Shown here: one piece after another, positions 1 to 9,398 of the stretch
Position numbering within the stretch: position 1 is the stretch's first letter
Layout of the letters: each line of letters opens with the position of its first letter
From: Verrucomicrobiota bacterium
Lineage (GTDB): Bacteria > Verrucomicrobiota > Verrucomicrobiia > Opitutales > LL51
Direction of reading: 5' to 3'
Assembly: GCA_021294815.2 (NCBI GenBank)
Contig: CP095464.1
Coordinates: 600,001-632,000 of the forward strand
Length of the DNA stretch: 32,000 bases
Made by a program: the position numbers and the translations under genes
Notes under the pieces: generated by a model
The model's input: the letters and a program-made list of their open reading frames with translations, nothing else
Databases searched by the model: none
What the model was told of the DNA's origin: nothing

Positions 1-1
1 T

Positions 2-685
2 TTCTGGGCAACTTTGACCGAGTATGAACAGGGATTGTGCCCGAATGTGATTTTTAAGCGTCCTGAAAAAATGCGTAATATTCTGGGGAGTTACCTTAGT
101 GAACGCGGTATTACCCAGTTCCGCTGTGCCGAGACGGAAAAATACGCGCACGTGACATTTTTCTTCAACGACTACCGCGAGGAGCCCTTCCCAGGCGAAG
201 AACGTGTGTTGATCCCGAGTCCAAGCGATGTCGAAACCCACGATCAAAAGCCCGAAATGAGCGCGATTGCCGTGAAAGATCAGGTCGTTTCGGCGATTTT
301 GTCTCAAAAGTACGGGTTGATTGTCGTGAATTTTGCCAACACCGATATGGTTGGGCATACAGGAAATCTCGGTGCTGCTGTTCGGGCCGTCGAGACCGTT
401 GATCGGTGTCTAGGCGAGATTGTGCAGGCGGTGGAAAAAGTACAATCGACCGCGCTAATTACGGCGGATCACGGAAATTCCGAGCAAATGTGGGACCTCG
501 AACACAAGGTGCCGTACACGCAACATACGACAAACCCGGTATATTTGATTTTGTGCGGTGAGCGCCATGGGGCAAAAGCTTTAAAAAGTGGCGGCAAGTT
601 AGGTGATATTGCACCGACCTTACTCGATCTCATGGACCTATCAAAGCCGGCAGAAATGACTGGCGATTCGCTGATCAAGCGCTGA
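2..685 (+). CDS. gpmI: 2,3-bisphosphoglycerate-independent phosphoglycerate mutase, C-terminal part (5' end lies outside the window)
   Basis: The frame is open from the window edge. Motifs NFANTDMVGHTGN and ITADHGN are typical of the iPGM metal-binding region. Stop TGA at 683-685. Confidence 0.9.
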   Translation, partial: FWATLTEYEQGLCPNVIFKRPEKMRNILGSYLSERGITQFRCAETEKYAHVTFFFNDYREEPFPGEERVLIPSPSDVETHDQKPEMSAIAVKDQVVSAILSQKYGLIVVNFANTDMVGHTGNLGAAVRAVETVDRCLGEIVQAVEKVQSTALITADHGNSEQMWDLEHKVPYTQHTTNPVYLILCGERHGAKALKSGGKLGDIAPTLLDLMDLSKPAEMTGDSLIKR

Positions 686-1524
686 TGATTGGGGGAGGAG
701 AAGTGTTTTGGCAGTCGCCGTTGTGTGGCGTGCTGGCGTTCATTTTGGGCGCTTGTTTGGGGAGTTTTTTCGATCTTTGCATCATGCGTATCCCCAAAAA
801 TCAATCCGTCATGTGGCCAAGATCGTATTGTGAGTGTGGCCAGTCGATTCCATTTTACCTCAATCTTCCGATCCTAGGATGGTTAATATTGCAGGGGCGC
901 GCACGCTGTTGCGGAAGACGCTTAGAGTGCCAGTATTTGTTCGTCGAATTATTGACGGCACTGCTGTTTACGCGGCTTTGGGTTTTGTATAGCCCGATGG
1001 AGTTTTGTATTTATGGTCTCTTTTTAGGTCTACTGATCATCGCTTCGGGGATCGATTTTACGACAATGATGATTCCGGATCGCTGTTCGGTTGGTGGTGC
1101 TATTTTAGGGATTTTGGGCAGTGCGATTCTAACGCATTACGTCCATGGGAATTATATTTTTTTAGGCATTTTTGAGTCGCTGAAAGCCATGCTCTTGGGA
1201 TCGAGTGCGCTGTTATGGATCGCAATTTTGAGTGAACTTGTCTTGAAAAAAGAAACCGTAGGCTTCGGCGATATCAAACTCATGGGTTGTATTGGGGCAT
1301 TTTTAGGAACCAATGGCGCGATTTTTGCGATTTTCGGCGGCGCTACGCTGGGGCTTGTAACGATATTTCCCGTTTGGTGGTGGATCCATCGCACACGAAA
1401 AATCCGTACGGGATCGATTCTGCCCTTTGGCCCATTTCTTAGCCTCGGCGCAATGGTCTATTGCCTAGGTTTGAGGCCGTTTGTCGACGAATATTTTGCT
1501 CAACTGGAATTATTGCTGCGGTAA
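685..1524 (+). CDS. pilD: Prepilin (type IV pilin / pseudopilin) leader peptidase, PilD/GspO family
   Basis: Polytopic membrane protein. N-terminal Cys pairs PRSYCECG...ARCCGRRL match the PilD pattern. Both aspartate motifs are present (GIDFTTMMIPD and GFGDIKLMG). The ATG overlaps the gpmI stop (TGATG). Confidence 0.85.
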   Translation: MIGGGEVFWQSPLCGVLAFILGACLGSFFDLCIMRIPKNQSVMWPRSYCECGQSIPFYLNLPILGWLILQGRARCCGRRLECQYLFVELLTALLFTRLWVLYSPMEFCIYGLFLGLLIIASGIDFTTMMIPDRCSVGGAILGILGSAILTHYVHGNYIFLGIFESLKAMLLGSSALLWIAILSELVLKKETVGFGDIKLMGCIGAFLGTNGAIFAIFGGATLGLVTIFPVWWWIHRTRKIRTGSILPFGPFLSLGAMVYCLGLRPFVDEYFAQLELLLR

Positions 1525-1525
1525 A

Positions 1526-2134
1526 TTAATCTTCAGGAGGGAAACGATTTTCTTGTCCCTGCCATAGTCGACGTAGATTTGGGACGTGTCGCCAAATGAG
1601 AAAAATCATCAGCGCGAGGCTTAAATACAATAATATTTCGGAATACGCAAAAAGGTAGGTGAGTAGCGGAAGCATGAGCGCGAAGCTAAGCGAGGCCAGC
1701 GATACGAACCGCGAAATCCGGAAAACCGAATACCAAAGCAGAAGACATAGGATCGTAATACTCGGCATGATTGCTAGCAACCCGCCAATCGTTGTTGCGA
1801 CGCCTTTCCCTCCGCGGAATTTGAGAAAAATCGAAAAGCAATGCCCCGTTACCGCTCCAGCGAGCGCGGTCGCCATGAGGATGTCTTCAAGCTGCGGATG
1901 TTGGTGAGCAAGGTAGTGCAGAGCGACTACGGATGAAAATCCCTTCAGTGCATCGAGGAAAAATACGAGAAATCCGTAGCGTCTGCCTAGAATACGGCCG
2001 ACATTGGTTGCTCCTGGATTGCCGCTGCCTTCTTGAAAAATATTGACGCCCTTGGAACGAGTGACGAGGACGCCGAATGGGATTGAGCCAATGATATAAC
2101 CAAAAACAAAGACCGCGAGGTAGATCCAGTCCAT
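1526..2134 (-). CDS. plsY: Glycerol-3-phosphate acyltransferase PlsY
   Basis: About 200 aa membrane protein with the GSGNPGATNV motif and the typical N-terminus IGSIPFG. Confidence 0.9.
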   Translation of the reverse strand: MDWIYLAVFVFGYIIGSIPFGVLVTRSKGVNIFQEGSGNPGATNVGRILGRRYGFLVFFLDALKGFSSVVALHYLAHQHPQLEDILMATALAGAVTGHCFSIFLKFRGGKGVATTIGGLLAIMPSITILCLLLWYSVFRISRFVSLASLSFALMLPLLTYLFAYSEILLYLSLALMIFLIWRHVPNLRRLWQGQENRFPPED

Positions 2135-2179
2135 AGATAGGCATCAAAACTAGCATTTTGCAACCAAACCGCAAATCAA

Positions 2180-2665
2180 TTAAGCAGAGTGCGTGGCGGC
2201 GATTTTTTCAATGAGCCGCGTGGTACTAAAGCCCGGAAGTATACTGGTAAAGCGGATTCCCGCGTGGACATTTTTAAGCGCGGCACGTTCTTCCGGGGCC
2301 AGTGTTTCGAGCGTGTAATCGGAGGATTTTGCGTAGATATCGGGGTGCAGCTCCCGAATTTCGTGATCAAGGCGAGGCGTGTCGAAAATAATAATCCCGG
2401 AGACGCAAGACAACGCCGCGAGCATGTAGGCCCGCTCTTGTTCTGTGAAAATAGGGCGTGTCGGCCCTTTCAACGACCGAACACTTGCATCGCTGTTGAG
2501 CGCAACCCATAGCGATCCCCATTGTGCAGCTTGTTGCAAGGCGTAAATATGTCCTACATGAAGCATGTCAAAACAGCCATTGGTGAGAACAAACGCCCCT
2601 TTTGGTCCCTGTTTCCTAATTGCGCTCGCGGCCTCTAGCGAGTAGAGTTTGGGATTGGGAAACAT
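2180..2665 (-). CDS. hldC: D-glycero-beta-D-manno-heptose 1-phosphate adenylyltransferase (stand-alone RfaE/HldE domain II)
   Basis: Motifs TNGCFDMLHVGH (HxGH nucleotidyltransferase), NSDASVRSLKGPTRP, SSDY and GFSTTRLIEKI run colinear with E. coli HldE domain II as I recall it. Confidence 0.82.
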   Translation of the reverse strand: MFPNPKLYSLEAASAIRKQGPKGAFVLTNGCFDMLHVGHIYALQQAAQWGSLWVALNSDASVRSLKGPTRPIFTEQERAYMLAALSCVSGIIIFDTPRLDHEIRELHPDIYAKSSDYTLETLAPEERAALKNVHAGIRFTSILPGFSTTRLIEKIAATHSA

Positions 2666-2668
2666 AAC

Positions 2669-3130
2669 CTACGCCGTTGTAGCCGTTCGCAAAGGACGAG
2701 AAAGCGTCCCACGGATTCGGTCTAAAATGCCGTTAATGAAGGCTTTAGAAGGTTCCCCAGAAAACAATTTTCCAAGCTCGATCGCCTCGTTAATCGTAAC
2801 AACAGGAGGAATGTCGGGGCGATAGAGCAACTCACAGGTCGCAAGGCGTAATACGCAAAGGTCGACGTTCGATAGGCGTGAAAAGTTCCAATTCGTCGCG
2901 AAACGTTCAATTAAGGCGTCGATTTCGTGAAGATGCGACTGCATAAGGAGAACAAGTTCCTGCGCGAATTGAAAATTTTGGGGGTCTTTCTCAAAGAGTG
3001 TACATATTTTCGGAAAATCCGTTGCTGAGGCCGGTCGATGTGTCAATTGGCACATGTAAGCCCACTGAACCGCGAGAACCCGATTCTCCCGGCGCAGAGA
3101 CCGATGCTCAACTGCACCAACCGTATCCAT
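2669..3130 (-). CDS. nusB: Transcription antitermination factor NusB
   Basis: 153 aa helical protein. It has an N-terminal R-rich segment followed by AVQWAY, and a C-terminal INEAIELGK...FINGILD pattern typical of NusB. Confidence 0.75.
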   Translation of the reverse strand: MDTVGAVEHRSLRRENRVLAVQWAYMCQLTHRPASATDFPKICTLFEKDPQNFQFAQELVLLMQSHLHEIDALIERFATNWNFSRLSNVDLCVLRLATCELLYRPDIPPVVTINEAIELGKLFSGEPSKAFINGILDRIRGTLSRPLRTATTA

Positions 3131-3149
3131 ATATAATAAAGAACAAAAT

Positions 3150-3776
3150 TTAAGCCGAAGGTTCCGTTACCGGCTTTCGATCAATGACCTCGTCAACAAT
3201 TCCGTACGCTTTCGCTTCGAGGGCCGACATGTAGAAATCGCGGTCGGAGTCCTTTTCGACTTTCTCAATTGGCTGTCCTGTACACTCCGATAGAACGCTT
3301 GTCAAGGTTTTTTTCCAGCGAAGAATCTCTTTAGCAGCAATCGAAATATCCGAAGTCTGGCCCGTTGCCTGTCCCGAAGGTTGGTGGATCATAACACGAC
3401 TGTTGGGAAGCGCGTAACGTTTCCCATGCGTTCCGGCGGCTAAAAGGACCGTCGCCATGCTCGCTGCTTGTCCGATGCAGTACGTGATGACATCGCAATT
3501 CATGAACTTCATTGTGTCATAAATCGCCATGCCCGCGGTCACACTGCCTCCCGGGGAGTTGACGTAAACGTGAATCGCTTTTTTCGGGTCTTCCATCTGC
3601 AAAAACAGCAGTTGTGCTACGACCGCGTTAGCAACAAAGTCGTCAATGGGTGTCCCAAGAAAAATAATCCGATCCTTCAGTAGCCGGCTGTAGATGTCCC
3701 ACGAGCGTTCCTGGCGGCCATCGCGCTCATAAACGTAGGGAAGCGGCAAATAGGTCTGATCCGAAATCTGAACCAT
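3150..3776 (-). CDS. clpP: ATP-dependent Clp protease proteolytic subunit
   Basis: Strong ClpP pattern: [27 protein letters not shown], catalytic Ser in GQAASMA and His in MIHQP. It lies directly downstream of tig. Confidence 0.95.
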   Translation of the reverse strand: MVQISDQTYLPLPYVYERDGRQERSWDIYSRLLKDRIIFLGTPIDDFVANAVVAQLLFLQMEDPKKAIHVYVNSPGGSVTAGMAIYDTMKFMNCDVITYCIGQAASMATVLLAAGTHGKRYALPNSRVMIHQPSGQATGQTSDISIAAKEILRWKKTLTSVLSECTGQPIEKVEKDSDRDFYMSALEAKAYGIVDEVIDRKPVTEPSA

Positions 3777-3780
3777 GATG

Positions 3781-5343
3781 CTATTTCGTTTCTTCGGTTA
3801 CGGAAGAGCGTTTGGAGGATTTACGCGGAGCTTTAGCGGTCTTGCTCTCTTCCTTATCTTCGGAAGTTTTTGCTTTTTTGCTCTTCGTTTCTGATTTTTC
3901 CTTTTTGGGCTTCGCCTCTGTTTTTTCTTTAGACCCCTCTTCAAACTTGGTCACTTCCTCGGTTTTTGGTGCGTCGGGATCTGTAAAATTCGGGAATCGT
4001 TTTAGATTTTCAACCAAAATGAAGTCGAGCGTTTTTCCAAATAAAGCACGGCGTTGGAGATCATGGATGCGTTCGCGGTCATTCCGAATTTCGTTCAAAA
4101 ATCGATCCGGAGAAAGCCGTAACATCGCAGCCTCTTGAGTGACCATTTGCATTAGCTCCTGATTCGTTAGTGTAATCTTTTCAAGTTCGGCGATCTTTTC
4201 GAGGATAAAGTTAATTTTCGCGCGATCATGCGAAAGCTCCTTGGTATCCTCAAACAATTGGTCCTTGTTGGCGTTGATCTCGTCGATGGAGACGCCTTCA
4301 TTGATCTGGCGCTCAATAAAACCGCGGACGATGTGGACCTGTTCATAACTCGCAGAACTCTCAGGAACCTCAAAATTCATCTGATCGATCAATGCCCGGA
4401 CGACGGTCTCTCGCTGCTCAAAACGCTGCGTTTGGATTTTTCGTTGCTTGAGATTTTCTTTAACATGTTGCCGGAATGCTTTGAGATCCTCTTCGTGGAT
4501 TTTCTTGAAAAACTCGTCACTTAATTCGGGGAGGATTTTTTCGCGAACTTCAAAGACTTTGACGTGATAGAGCGCTTTCTTTCCGCGAAGGTCTTCAACT
4601 TCAAAATCTTCTGGATAGGTCATGTCGACGTCCTTTTCTTCATCGATGCTCATCCCGATAATGCCTTCAATAATCGCTTTTACACCAGGCGATTCAGTGT
4701 TACCAGCTTCTTCCCAGGTGTTATCTTGGGCAGCCCAAATCGGCGCAACTTTTACCTTTTCGGCAATCGGTGTCCCGTCCTCAAAAGTTCCCCGGTATTG
4801 TAAGCGCACGAAATCTCCTTTCTTTGCCGGGCGTTTGACGATATTGTACTCCGCGTGATGATTGCGAATCTCTTCAACAGCCTTGTCGACTTCTTTGTCG
4901 GTAACCTCGACGTTTGGGTTTTCGATTTCAATGTTCTTGTAGTCGATGAGCTCAAACGTTGGCTTTAAATCGACTGTAAAGGTAAATTCACGATCACCAT
5001 TCTCGAGTTTTTTAGAAGTAAACTTCGAAAGCGAAAAGACATCCCAGCTCTGTTCTTTAACAAGATCATCAAAAATCTTTTGGGCAATCGTCTTGTCTAC
5101 CTGCTCCCCAAGCTCCTTCGTGTAGCGTGACCGAATCAGCGAGAGCGGTACTTTTCCTTTGCGAAACCCAGGGACTTTCACCTGTTGGGCGAACGTACTC
5201 AGGACGGAACTTTCCTCTTCCTGGACCACCGCCTGTGGGACGGTTACAACGGCCTCCTTGCAGACCGAATTGATCGACTTGATATCACTTTTCACTGAAA
5301 ACCTTCCGCTAGAGCTCTCTAAGGAGGTTGTTAGGGGCGTCAA
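3781..5343 (-). CDS. tig: Trigger factor with an unusually long Lys/Glu/Ser-rich C-terminal tail
   Basis: Ribosome-binding signature PGFRKGKVP, a central FKBP-like region and the conserved tig-clpP order. The last ~75 aa are low-complexity K/E/S-rich sequence. Confidence 0.9.
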   Translation of the reverse strand: MTPLTTSLESSSGRFSVKSDIKSINSVCKEAVVTVPQAVVQEEESSVLSTFAQQVKVPGFRKGKVPLSLIRSRYTKELGEQVDKTIAQKIFDDLVKEQSWDVFSLSKFTSKKLENGDREFTFTVDLKPTFELIDYKNIEIENPNVEVTDKEVDKAVEEIRNHHAEYNIVKRPAKKGDFVRLQYRGTFEDGTPIAEKVKVAPIWAAQDNTWEEAGNTESPGVKAIIEGIIGMSIDEEKDVDMTYPEDFEVEDLRGKKALYHVKVFEVREKILPELSDEFFKKIHEEDLKAFRQHVKENLKQRKIQTQRFEQRETVVRALIDQMNFEVPESSASYEQVHIVRGFIERQINEGVSIDEINANKDQLFEDTKELSHDRAKINFILEKIAELEKITLTNQELMQMVTQEAAMLRLSPDRFLNEIRNDRERIHDLQRRALFGKTLDFILVENLKRFPNFTDPDAPKTEEVTKFEEGSKEKTEAKPKKEKSETKSKKAKTSEDKEESKTAKAPRKSSKRSSVTEETK

Positions 5344-5345
5344 CC

Positions 5346-6770
5346 TTATAAAAATTTTTTATCACCAAGATAATATTTCAAGAGAAATGGGGGTAGCATT
5401 TCAATCGCATTCCCAAGCAACATGATTATAAAATAAAGTGTCTTATTTTCGAAGTGAATTTCTTCCGGCGGAATAAACCCGATGCCATAACAGAAAAGAC
5501 ATGAAACAATAGCGATAGTACAAAGAAGAATCATGCCAATATTACCTCCAGGGACTTTATAGGCACGCGGTGTTTTCGGGAATTTGAAACGCAAAATGAT
5601 TCCCGAAAGAAACATGAAGGTATAAATAATAAGGATCGATTGTGTTGTGACGGCAGATAGGATCCAGAAACAAGCTTTCACGGAGGGGATGAGTAAAAAA
5701 AGTCCCGCGAAAAAGGTAATGACGACCGCTTGCCAAAGCATAATGGTCGAAGGCATACCCGCAGCGTTGATCTTTTGGAGCGAAGTGGGGAGTTCGCCAG
5801 TTTTCGCAGCGGCGAGTAAACTCCGGGAAGGTCCGGTAATCCAGGCCATAAACCAGGCAACAGCGCCAAGGGCCATTAAACCGGCAATCGGACGCGTCCA
5901 GTTGGAGAGGTTGAAGTGTTCTAATAGTACTTCAATCGCTTGGATGACACCGGCTTCGAGCGTCAGCGTTGCTTTGGGAACTGAAACCGCAATCGCCAGT
6001 GAACCTAAAATGGAAACCCCTAAAATAAGTAGTGTCGAAATGAGAATCGCTCGGGGGTAATTTTTTTGTGGATTTTCGACATTATTAGCATGTGCTGCGG
6101 ACATCTCTAATCCGCTAAAGCCCAACAAAACTCCAAGAAACAAAACACACTGTTCTGCGCCTTCAAAAGGGGGAATTAATTCGGCCCATCCAACAGGTGT
6201 ACAAAGTTTGTGCCCAGTAATGATCCATCCGAGACCGAGAGCAATAATCAGCGCTCCGGGAATCAGGGTTCCACAAATTGAACCAATACTCGTAACGAGA
6301 CTTGCCAGGCGCATTCCGTGTAGGCCAATAAAGGTTTCAGCCCAGGTAACGACGAAGATCACGCCAAAGGTGTAGAAATTCGCAATATTGAGACCGGTAT
6401 CGCTGACCGCCATCCATTCCGGGTGTCCAAAGGCATAGGCGAGAAGGGGAGCTAGATAAGCAAGACACGCCGGACAAGCAACGGCATTCCCTAAAAATTG
6501 AAGCCAGACGACGAAAAATCCCGTTTTACGCCCGAGCGCTTGGCTGACCCAATAAAAGATCCCACCTTCACCCGGGAAACCGGTCGCCAGTTCGGCGGCA
6601 ACCAGTGCTTCGGGAATTAAAAATAAAAAGACGGCTGCGAGATAGAAAAAGACCATCGAAAAGCCGTATTCCGCCATCGCCGGGAGATTGCGGAGGCTGA
6701 CAATGGCCGCACAATTGATCATCGCGAGCGCGAAAACGCCTAAAAACTTCTTGGGCGCAGTACTTTTCAT
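5346..6770 (-). CDS. APC-superfamily amino acid permease (glutamate:GABA antiporter / YjeM-like)
   Basis: 474 aa with about 12 predicted TM segments. The N-terminal pattern FxLAMINxxAIVSLRNLP...GFSMVFFYL...AAELATGFPGEGGIFYWV resembles the GadC/YjeM subfamily. Confidence 0.8.
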   Translation of the reverse strand: MKSTAPKKFLGVFALAMINCAAIVSLRNLPAMAEYGFSMVFFYLAAVFLFLIPEALVAAELATGFPGEGGIFYWVSQALGRKTGFFVVWLQFLGNAVACPACLAYLAPLLAYAFGHPEWMAVSDTGLNIANFYTFGVIFVVTWAETFIGLHGMRLASLVTSIGSICGTLIPGALIIALGLGWIITGHKLCTPVGWAELIPPFEGAEQCVLFLGVLLGFSGLEMSAAHANNVENPQKNYPRAILISTLLILGVSILGSLAIAVSVPKATLTLEAGVIQAIEVLLEHFNLSNWTRPIAGLMALGAVAWFMAWITGPSRSLLAAAKTGELPTSLQKINAAGMPSTIMLWQAVVITFFAGLFLLIPSVKACFWILSAVTTQSILIIYTFMFLSGIILRFKFPKTPRAYKVPGGNIGMILLCTIAIVSCLFCYGIGFIPPEEIHFENKTLYFIIMLLGNAIEMLPPFLLKYYLGDKKFL

Positions 6771-6818
6771 CGATACGGCGGGACAATCGCAATCTTCCCG
6801 ATCTGTGTCAATGGATTT

Positions 6819-7385
6819 TTACGCCAGCGTCTGTGCAAAATCCAATAATGTCGGCAGACAGCGAATACGGCCTTCCGCAATCAATGTCTTACAGCGTTCC
6901 GAACGGGGATAATCCGAATCGAGAAGAATGCTATGGATATCTCCGGAAAGTCCTGCAAAAGCATCGGTCTCCTTATCGCCGACCATGTAGGATTGTTGGG
7001 GATCGAGATGGTATTTTTTAAGCATCTCCAAAATAAACCGAGGAGAGGGCTTGCGGTAGTGGTTCGGAGCGACTTCGGCTTCCGCAGCAATACAGATTTC
7101 TTGAAAACAACGGGTAGGACCGAGCAGTGTTTGTAGTCGTTGATGACAGGCTTCGACGTTCTGGCGAGTATACATACCGCGCTCAATGCCCGGTTGATTG
7201 GTGAAGAGAAATAGTAAAAATTTTTTTTGTATAAAAAGATCTAACGCTTCCAGTACGCCGGGTAAAAGATGGATTTTTTCGGGTTGATAGACATAGCCGT
7301 AGTCGACATTGAGGGTTCCGTCACGGTCGAGAAAAATCGCTTTTGCGATCGACTTTTGTGGGTTTTTCGAAAAACAGACGGCCAT
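6819..7385 (-). CDS. gmhB: HAD-IIIA phosphatase, probable D-glycero-D-manno-heptose 1,7-bisphosphate phosphatase
   Basis: Motifs FLDRDGTLN (DxDxT), FTNQPGIERG, YRKPSP and YMVGDKETD. The Cys/His zinc-binding insertion of E. coli GmhB (CPHHP...CDCRKP) is absent, so specificity is less certain. Only one Met is available upstream of the DxD motif. Confidence 0.7.
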   Translation of the reverse strand: MAVCFSKNPQKSIAKAIFLDRDGTLNVDYGYVYQPEKIHLLPGVLEALDLFIQKKFLLFLFTNQPGIERGMYTRQNVEACHQRLQTLLGPTRCFQEICIAAEAEVAPNHYRKPSPRFILEMLKKYHLDPQQSYMVGDKETDAFAGLSGDIHSILLDSDYPRSERCKTLIAEGRIRCLPTLLDFAQTLA

Positions 7386-8270
7386 ATGTTTGGCCTCTTT
7401 TCAAAAGTCCGTACGGGCCTGGCGTCAACGAAAAATAAACTCGTCCAGCGGATTCAACACCTTTTTCGAGATAAAAACCTCGATACAACCGCCCTCGAAG
7501 CAGCGCTTTATGCAGCAGATCTAGGGGTTGAGACCGTTGAAAAGATTCTATCGTCGGTTCCTCACCGAGATCAAGATTTACGCGCCGTTGTTGAACCGAT
7601 TCTCCTCCAAACGATGGCCGGTTCAGAAGGTGATCCGCAAACGTTGTTGACTACATCTGAGCCCATGGTGATTGCGCTGATTGGTTCTAACGGCTCTGGA
7701 AAGACAACAACCGCGGCAAAGCTTGCGTATTATTTCGCTCAACAGGGGAAGTCAGTCATTGTTGGTGCGTGCGATACCTTTCGGGCAGCGGCGAATGAAC
7801 AGCTCAAACGTTGGGCCGAACAACTCCAATTTGATCTCGTTGAAAGCCATAAGGGAGCCGATCCGTCATCGGTCGCATTCGATACCTGTCAGGCGGCTTT
7901 GAGTCGTCATAAAGATATTGTAATTCTCGATACGGCCGGGCGTCTCCACAATAAAGCCAACCTCATGGCAGAGCTTCAAAAGCTCAAGCGTGCGATTGGG
8001 AAAGTCCATAATAGTTTTCCACAACATATCTGGAGCGTTATCGATGCGAGCCTCGGGAGTAATGCAATTGTTTCGACGGAAAAATTCCACGAGGCGATTG
8101 GATTAACCGGAACCGTCATTACAAAACTTGATGGTAGTAGCCGGGGCGGTACACTGGTAGGGATTTATCAAAAACTTGGCATACCGGTTTACTTTATCGG
8201 GCTTGGTGAGCGCTGTGAAGATCTAGAACCTTTCCGCGTAAATGATTATGTTACTGCACTCTTAGCGTAG
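7386..8270 (+). CDS. ftsY: Signal recognition particle receptor FtsY (short form, NG domain only)
   Basis: MFGLFSKVRTGLASTKNKL is a typical FtsY N-terminus. GTPase motifs GSNGSGKTTT, DTAGR, TKLDG and GLGE are present. The ORF-track start at 7269 would overlap gmhB by 117 nt, so the ATG at 7386 is preferred. Confidence 0.9.
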   Translation: MFGLFSKVRTGLASTKNKLVQRIQHLFRDKNLDTTALEAALYAADLGVETVEKILSSVPHRDQDLRAVVEPILLQTMAGSEGDPQTLLTTSEPMVIALIGSNGSGKTTTAAKLAYYFAQQGKSVIVGACDTFRAAANEQLKRWAEQLQFDLVESHKGADPSSVAFDTCQAALSRHKDIVILDTAGRLHNKANLMAELQKLKRAIGKVHNSFPQHIWSVIDASLGSNAIVSTEKFHEAIGLTGTVITKLDGSSRGGTLVGIYQKLGIPVYFIGLGERCEDLEPFRVNDYVTALLA

Positions 8271-8326
8271 GATACCGCAAAAAATTTTTGACATAGATCG
8301 TTTTAGCTTCAAACCTTGGTGCGCCG

Positions 8327-9397
8327 ATGATAGAGATCACAATACGCGATTTAGTCAAAGCGTTTGCGGGCAATACGGTCTTAAATCATATCGATTTACA
8401 GGTTCAAGCGGGGGAGCTGTTTTTTTTACTCGGGCCGAGCGGCTGCGGTAAGACGACGCTTCTCCGGACGATTGCAGGATTTTATACGGCGGATCGTGGT
8501 AAGATTTTTTTCGGCAAGAAAGATGTTACTCGCCTTCCGGCCCACAAACGTAAGACAGGGATGGTCTTTCAAAGCTATGCGCTTTGGCCGCATATGACGG
8601 TCGAGCAGAATGTAGCGTTTGGGCTTCAGCAGAAAGGTGAGAAAAAAGCGACGATTGCGCGCGAGGTTCAGGAAGCTCTCGAGATTGTCCAGATGTCGGC
8701 CTATGCTTCTCGGAAACCCAATGAACTATCCGGAGGGCAGCAACAACGTGTTGCATTAGCCCGTGCGCTTGTGGTTCGACCGAAGTGTCTTTTGTTAGAT
8801 GAACCGCTTTCAAACCTCGATGCACAACTTCGGAACGAGATGCGGGTTGAGATTCGTAAAATTTGTAAGCAATACGAACTGACATCGATTTACGTTACAC
8901 ACGATCAAAAAGAAGCGCTTTCCATTGCAGATCGAATTGCCGTTTTAGAAAAAGGAAATATCCGACAAATTGGAACACCGATCGAACTCTATAAACGCCC
9001 GGATAGCTGTTTTGTTGCGAACTTTATCGGTGAAACGAATATCTTAGACGGTGTCGTTATTCGGAAAGGCCCTGACGAAGCCTTTGTGCGGACGAAAATC
9101 GGCAACTTCCGGGGCATGATCGATAGTAATAATCCCCATATCCAAGAGGGGAGTAGTGTTAAAGTTTCGATCCGACCGGAGAGCATCAAATTGGAAAGCT
9201 TCCCGGTTGAAGAAAACTGTGTCGAAGGGATGATCGGACATTCCACGTACTTTGGCGAAGTAGCGCATTATCTTTTTGAGAAAAACGGTGTTCATCTCCA
9301 AATTTCGGAACTCAATCCCTGTCATCTCTCGCAAGTCGAACGCTACGGGATCTATGCGTGGTCACTGCCGGAAGATGTCGTTATTTTGAGTGAATAG
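8327..9397 (+). CDS. ABC transporter ATP-binding protein (PotA/FbpC/CysA type with C-terminal TOBE-like domain)
   Basis: Walker A GPSGCGKTT, signature LSGGQQQR, Walker B LLLDEPLS, H-loop YVTHDQ, and the FIGETN linker into a beta-rich C-terminus. Confidence 0.9.
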   Translation: MIEITIRDLVKAFAGNTVLNHIDLQVQAGELFFLLGPSGCGKTTLLRTIAGFYTADRGKIFFGKKDVTRLPAHKRKTGMVFQSYALWPHMTVEQNVAFGLQQKGEKKATIAREVQEALEIVQMSAYASRKPNELSGGQQQRVALARALVVRPKCLLLDEPLSNLDAQLRNEMRVEIRKICKQYELTSIYVTHDQKEALSIADRIAVLEKGNIRQIGTPIELYKRPDSCFVANFIGETNILDGVVIRKGPDEAFVRTKIGNFRGMIDSNNPHIQEGSSVKVSIRPESIKLESFPVEENCVEGMIGHSTYFGEVAHYLFEKNGVHLQISELNPCHLSQVERYGIYAWSLPEDVVILSE

Positions 9398-9398
9398 C

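Noticed and set aside
7269-7385. Longer ftsY start proposed by the ORF track (MDFFGLIDIAVV...)
   Set aside because: It would overlap gmhB by 117 nt. The extension is simply the reverse reading of gmhB. The internal MFGLFSKV start matches canonical FtsY N-termini.
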